From NCBI GenBank assembly GCA_044357345.1, contig JBIKPR010000001.1, positions 30,155 through 94,154 on the forward strand: 64,000 nucleotides of DNA, given 5' to 3'. The notes under the pieces were generated by a model. It ran no database searches. It saw only the letters and a list, made by a program, of their open reading frames with translations, and was not told the origin of the DNA. Positions 59,407 through 64,000 of this stretch are shown here, in pieces. Numbering within the stretch: the stretch's first letter is position 1; every line of letters starts with the position of its first letter. This DNA is from Bacteroidia bacterium (GTDB lineage: Bacteria > Bacteroidota > Bacteroidia > NS11-12g > UBA955). Made by a program: the position numbers and the translations under genes.

Positions 59407-60936
59407 TTAATTATTTTTTTCGTCATGGACATATTCATTTTCCCAAAAATCTGCATTCTTTATGCCCAATTCTGCAGGACTGAAAACTGGGTCCTTTCCT
59501 TCTTTTCTCTGCCTTTCAAAATCTTTGAATGCAAGCAAAGCCGGCTTTTGTAGAATTATTATGGCGATTACATTTAACCAAGCCATTATGCCAACCCCCA
59601 TGTCTCCAAGATCCCATACAATTGTGGCAGCGCGAACACAACCAAAATAAACAGCAGCCATAATGGCTAGCTTTAATAAAAACAGCAAAATAGGTGCAGG
59701 CTTTTTTTGCATAAGATAAGCCAGATTGGTTTCAGCAATATAATAATAAGCCATCAAGGTAGTAAAGGCAAAGAAAAATAAAGCCAATGCTACAAAATAA
59801 CTTCCGATGCCCACAAAATCAGGATGAAAAGCAACCTGTCCATTGCTGAAAGCATTATCAATTGCAGCCTGCGTATAGGTAGGACTGCCATCCATATGTT
59901 TAACACCATCCTGAACATAATAAACACCATTGTCTACAATTAGCTTCCCATCAGAACCCTTCACATTATACATGCCTGTAATTAGAATCATAAAGGCAGT
60001 GGCCGAACAAACAAAAAGTGTGTCAACATAGACAGAAAAAGCCTGCACCAATCCTTGTTTAGCAGGATGCGAAACCTCGGCCGCAGCCGCAGGATGGGCG
60101 CCAGTACCTTGACCAGCTTCATTGCTATAAACGCCCCGCTTTACGCCAATTGTGATCATTGCTCCAATTATGCCCGCAAAAGATGCCTTTAAACCAAAAG
60201 CACTGCTAATAATCAAACTAAAAATTTCAGGAATTCTTTCGTAATTCAAGCCCATAATTACAAGTGCAACTATAATATAAGCTATAGCCATAAATGGCAC
60301 CACAAATTCTGCAACTTTAGCAATACTTTTAATTCCCCCAAATATGATGAGCCCTAGGAGCAAAGCAAGTATTATTCCTGTAAAAACATATTTGATATCA
60401 AAAGCACTTTTAATGGCCGAGGCAATACTATTTGATTGCACCCCTGGCAGTAACACTCCGCAAGCCAAAATGGTTGAAATTGCAAAGACAATGGCATACC
60501 ATTTACCAATCGCTTTATTTTTAAATCCTTTCTCGATATAAAATGCTGGACCACCTCTGTATTCGCCATTCTCCTTAACCTTGTAAATTTGCGCAAGTGC
60601 AGATTCAATGAAAGCAGAACCAGACCCTAGAAATGCGACCAGCCACATCCAAAAAACCGCACCCGGACCCCCGATAAAAATAGCCGTTGCAACACCGGCA
60701 ATATTCCCGGTGCCTACTCTGCCGGCCAATGAAACGGCCAAAGACTGAAAAGAAGAAATGCCTGCAGATGATTTGGTACTACCAAACATTTGCTTTATCA
60801 TTTCTTTAAAAAGCCTTACCTGAAAAAAGCGCATCCGAATGGAGAAATAAACGCCAGTGATAAGCAAAAGATAAATCAATGCATTGCTCCAAATAATTGA
60901 ATTTGCATAGCTCACGAAATTTTCAAAACTTTCCAT
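59407..60936 (-). CDS. alanine/glycine:cation symporter (AGCS family)
   Basis: SFQSLAVSLAGRVGTGNIAGVATAIFIGGPGAVFWMW is the AGCS signature region. 509 aa with 11-12 TM helices. Confidence 0.85.
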   Translation of the reverse strand: MESFENFVSYANSIIWSNALIYLLLITGVYFSIRMRFFQVRLFKEMIKQMFGSTKSSAGISSFQSLAVSLAGRVGTGNIAGVATAIFIGGPGAVFWMWLVAFLGSGSAFIESALAQIYKVKENGEYRGGPAFYIEKGFKNKAIGKWYAIVFAISTILACGVLLPGVQSNSIASAIKSAFDIKYVFTGIILALLLGLIIFGGIKSIAKVAEFVVPFMAIAYIIVALVIMGLNYERIPEIFSLIISSAFGLKASFAGIIGAMITIGVKRGVYSNEAGQGTGAHPAAAAEVSHPAKQGLVQAFSVYVDTLFVCSATAFMILITGMYNVKGSDGKLIVDNGVYYVQDGVKHMDGSPTYTQAAIDNAFSNGQVAFHPDFVGIGSYFVALALFFFAFTTLMAYYYIAETNLAYLMQKKPAPILLFLLKLAIMAAVYFGCVRAATIVWDLGDMGVGIMAWLNVIAIIILQKPALLAFKDFERQRKEGKDPVFSPAELGIKNADFWENEYVHDEKNN

Positions 60937-61317
60937 ATTATAATTTCAATATAAATTAAAGCAGGCAAGATAGACCATAATATTTGTACTCGGAGCATGA
61001 ACCCAGAAATATTTAATATACGGACACCATTATTTAATACAAGCTATTAAAGCTAATAAACAACTTGAATATACAAGTTGTCCTTATTGTCTATTATACC
61101 TAGCCATTAATATGAATTCTCTTTTTTTACTCCAGACTTTTATCTCTATTGAATAAATTCAATCTACAGCCACCTACAATAGGAGTTACATTTAACCCGT
61201 TTAACTAAGAACAAAATGGTTTGACCTACCAAGTTACCTTGTTCGCAGCAAGGTTTGGATTTGGAATAGGCTTGAATGGTAAGCATACTTCCTTGCCATT
61301 ATTATATTTGGTTAATT

Positions 61318-61515
61318 TTACCTCGCCGGCGTAAACATCCAAAACAAGACATAAATAATTAGCATCGCACCCGAACAAATACCGAAGGTGATGCCTCCAA
61401 TTGCGAAAAATCCAATCAAAAACAAAACCCTTAACAAGGACAATGAAACCCCCGTTTCATTTGAAATTCCTGCAAGAACACCACCCAGCTGTTTTCTACT
61501 TAAATCTCTTTTCAT
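61318..61515 (-). CDS. PspC-domain small membrane protein
   Basis: LSRKQLGGVLAGISNETGVSLSLLRVLFLIGFF matches the PspC domain core, followed by a TM helix. 65 aa. Confidence 0.65.
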   Translation of the reverse strand: MKRDLSRKQLGGVLAGISNETGVSLSLLRVLFLIGFFAIGGITFGICSGAMLIIYVLFWMFTPAR

Positions 61516-61533
61516 ATTTCAATTCAAGGCTTA

Positions 61534-62772
61534 TTAATTTTTTATGAAATTCATTCTAAAAATGGTAGCGCCATCTGTTAGAAGCAGTGAATAAATACCT
61601 GCATTCAATCCACTAAGATCTATTTCTTGGCTGATGAAACTTGTGTTCAATACCAAACGGCCTTGCAAATCAAAAATACGCACTTGGACCATTTCTGAAA
61701 TCGGATAATTGATGTTCAATTCACTGCTTACAGGGTTTGGATATACAGTTAAACTTTCAATACTTTGGCTTGTTTCAATACCCGTTTTTAAGCCATATAC
61801 ATCTTTGCAATCCTTGTTGTTTTCCATTGGTAAAACGCCACAGGCTCTGAAACTAAATGACTTTGACAAATTGATAAAATGCGAAATAGCCTCTTTTTCT
61901 TGTATGGTAATACTGTCCCTTTGGCTCCATTGATCTGAAGGCAAAAGAGAAACCGATGGATACATAGATTGGCCCAATTCATTCACATGCCCAAGACCCA
62001 ATGAATGGCCTAACTCATGAAATAGCACATATCGAAATTTGGTTTTCCCTGCTGGCGCTTTCCCAGTTCCGAAATACCAATCTTGTTTGTCAGACATTCT
62101 TAAATCTTGAGAACGGATGCTGTAAAATGTTTCAGCTCCTAATATGCAAGAGGTCCATAAACGCTCGTTGTAACCAACCGCACCTAGGTTAGGGTCAGGG
62201 GCAATTAAGTGTATTGTATCACCCAATGAAAAACTTGCACTTGAAGGAAAAGGAGCCAAAATATAGTTTGCACCGGTTTTACATCTAAATTCTGCAAACA
62301 CATCTTCTATCGCTTTTTTAGCCAAGGGATTGTTCCAATATGTGGTATGCATATACCAAGTATATCCGCCTTTCTTGTTATTATTTGTTAGATAGTCGTA
62401 CACCAATGGATTGGCCGATCGGTAGCCTAAATTAGCCATTACATGCAAGGTATCTGTTGAATAATAATCCATGCCGTTGATATTAACCTTTACTTTACCC
62501 GAAAATGCTACTGGCATCTCTAGTTCAATTTTTGTGTCGGTCCATACCAAATACTTAAAACCTTTAGAGGTATTGGCATCTGAATATTGGCCAGACTCTT
62601 GAAAAAAGGAGACATAGTTATTCGATTGACTGGATCCAAAACCCTGACCGATTATACTTACTTTTTTGCCCATTCCTCCAATAGTATTGCTTGGGGTAAT
62701 AGAGTTAACTTGAGCAAACAAAGTCAAGTTCAAAAAAGAAACTAAAAGAAAAACACACTTCTGGCTAAACAT
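61534..62772 (-). CDS. secreted metzincin-type zinc metalloprotease with T9SS C-terminal sorting domain
   Basis: Signal peptide. Extended zinc motif HELGHSLGLGH (HExxHxxGxxH). The C-terminal about 75 aa (LTVYPNPVSSELNINYPISEMVQVRIFDLQGRLV ... GIYSLLL) fit the type-A T9SS CTD. Confidence 0.75.
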   Translation of the reverse strand: MFSQKCVFLLVSFLNLTLFAQVNSITPSNTIGGMGKKVSIIGQGFGSSQSNNYVSFFQESGQYSDANTSKGFKYLVWTDTKIELEMPVAFSGKVKVNINGMDYYSTDTLHVMANLGYRSANPLVYDYLTNNNKKGGYTWYMHTTYWNNPLAKKAIEDVFAEFRCKTGANYILAPFPSSASFSLGDTIHLIAPDPNLGAVGYNERLWTSCILGAETFYSIRSQDLRMSDKQDWYFGTGKAPAGKTKFRYVLFHELGHSLGLGHVNELGQSMYPSVSLLPSDQWSQRDSITIQEKEAISHFINLSKSFSFRACGVLPMENNKDCKDVYGLKTGIETSQSIESLTVYPNPVSSELNINYPISEMVQVRIFDLQGRLVLNTSFISQEIDLSGLNAGIYSLLLTDGATIFRMNFIKN

Positions 62773-62905
62773 AAATTTTGATTAAAAACTTTACGAATAT
62801 AAGAAGTATTATTATTTATTAATACCAATTGGCATTAATAACAAATTCATAAGCATTAAAAAAGGCTTGATTCTCATCAAGCCTTTTTATTATAATTATC
62901 TCCTT

Positions 62906-64000
<1,095 letters not shown>

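Overview
This is a low-GC (roughly one-third GC) chromosomal window from a Bacteroidota-type genome. The assignment rests on T9SS C-terminal sorting domains, DUF4199/DUF5606/DUF4835-type proteins, the bamD–rpoZ–coaBC–DUF4835 synteny, and short-leader promoters matching the TAnnTTTG -7 box. About 55 protein genes are dense on both strands, plus two tRNAs (Cys-GCA, Asn-GTT). Recognisable housekeeping genes are prfA, aroB, coaBC (split), rpoZ, bamD, radC, queG, a DEAD-box helicase, pruA, der, msrB, a GAF-type free Met-sulfoxide reductase, prmC, ribD, an IMPACT/YigZ protein, 3-hydroxyanthranilate dioxygenase and a partial katG running off the window end. Accessory-looking content is listed below. 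All calls come from reading the sequence and the supplied ORF translations; no database search was run. Feature coordinates include the stop codon, and several starts were moved to an internal ATG where the ORF track began at TTG/GTG. The accessory content includes: (1) a 95-bp tandem repeat array downstream of tRNA-Cys. (2) An acyl-CoA carboxyltransferase–GT2–FAD oxidoreductase operon. (3) A giant MORN-like repeat exoprotein. (4) A lipoprotein pair with a transglutaminase core. (5) An orphan TolC–adaptor pair followed by a T9SS beta-propeller protein. (6) A CrtI-like oxidoreductase divergent from a translationally coupled BatA_N-type membrane protein plus radical-SAM/SPASM enzyme. (7) A two-gene N-acyl amino-acid lipid (GlsA/GlsB-like) acyltransferase pair. 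(8) A tRNA-Asn locus with a duplicated 5-prime tRNA fragment carrying a perfect palindrome, followed by a stop-interrupted ORF and a 1062-aa WG-repeat/DUF1566-like protein whose 3-prime end holds five near-identical 63-bp tandem repeats. (9) A GC-rich structured element in a 700-bp intergenic gap. (10) A membrane-anchored diheme cytochrome c next to a Tat-exported SoxB-like thiosulfohydrolase with no soxYZ nearby. (11) A Na:alanine/glycine symporter coupled to a double-Cache lipoprotein.
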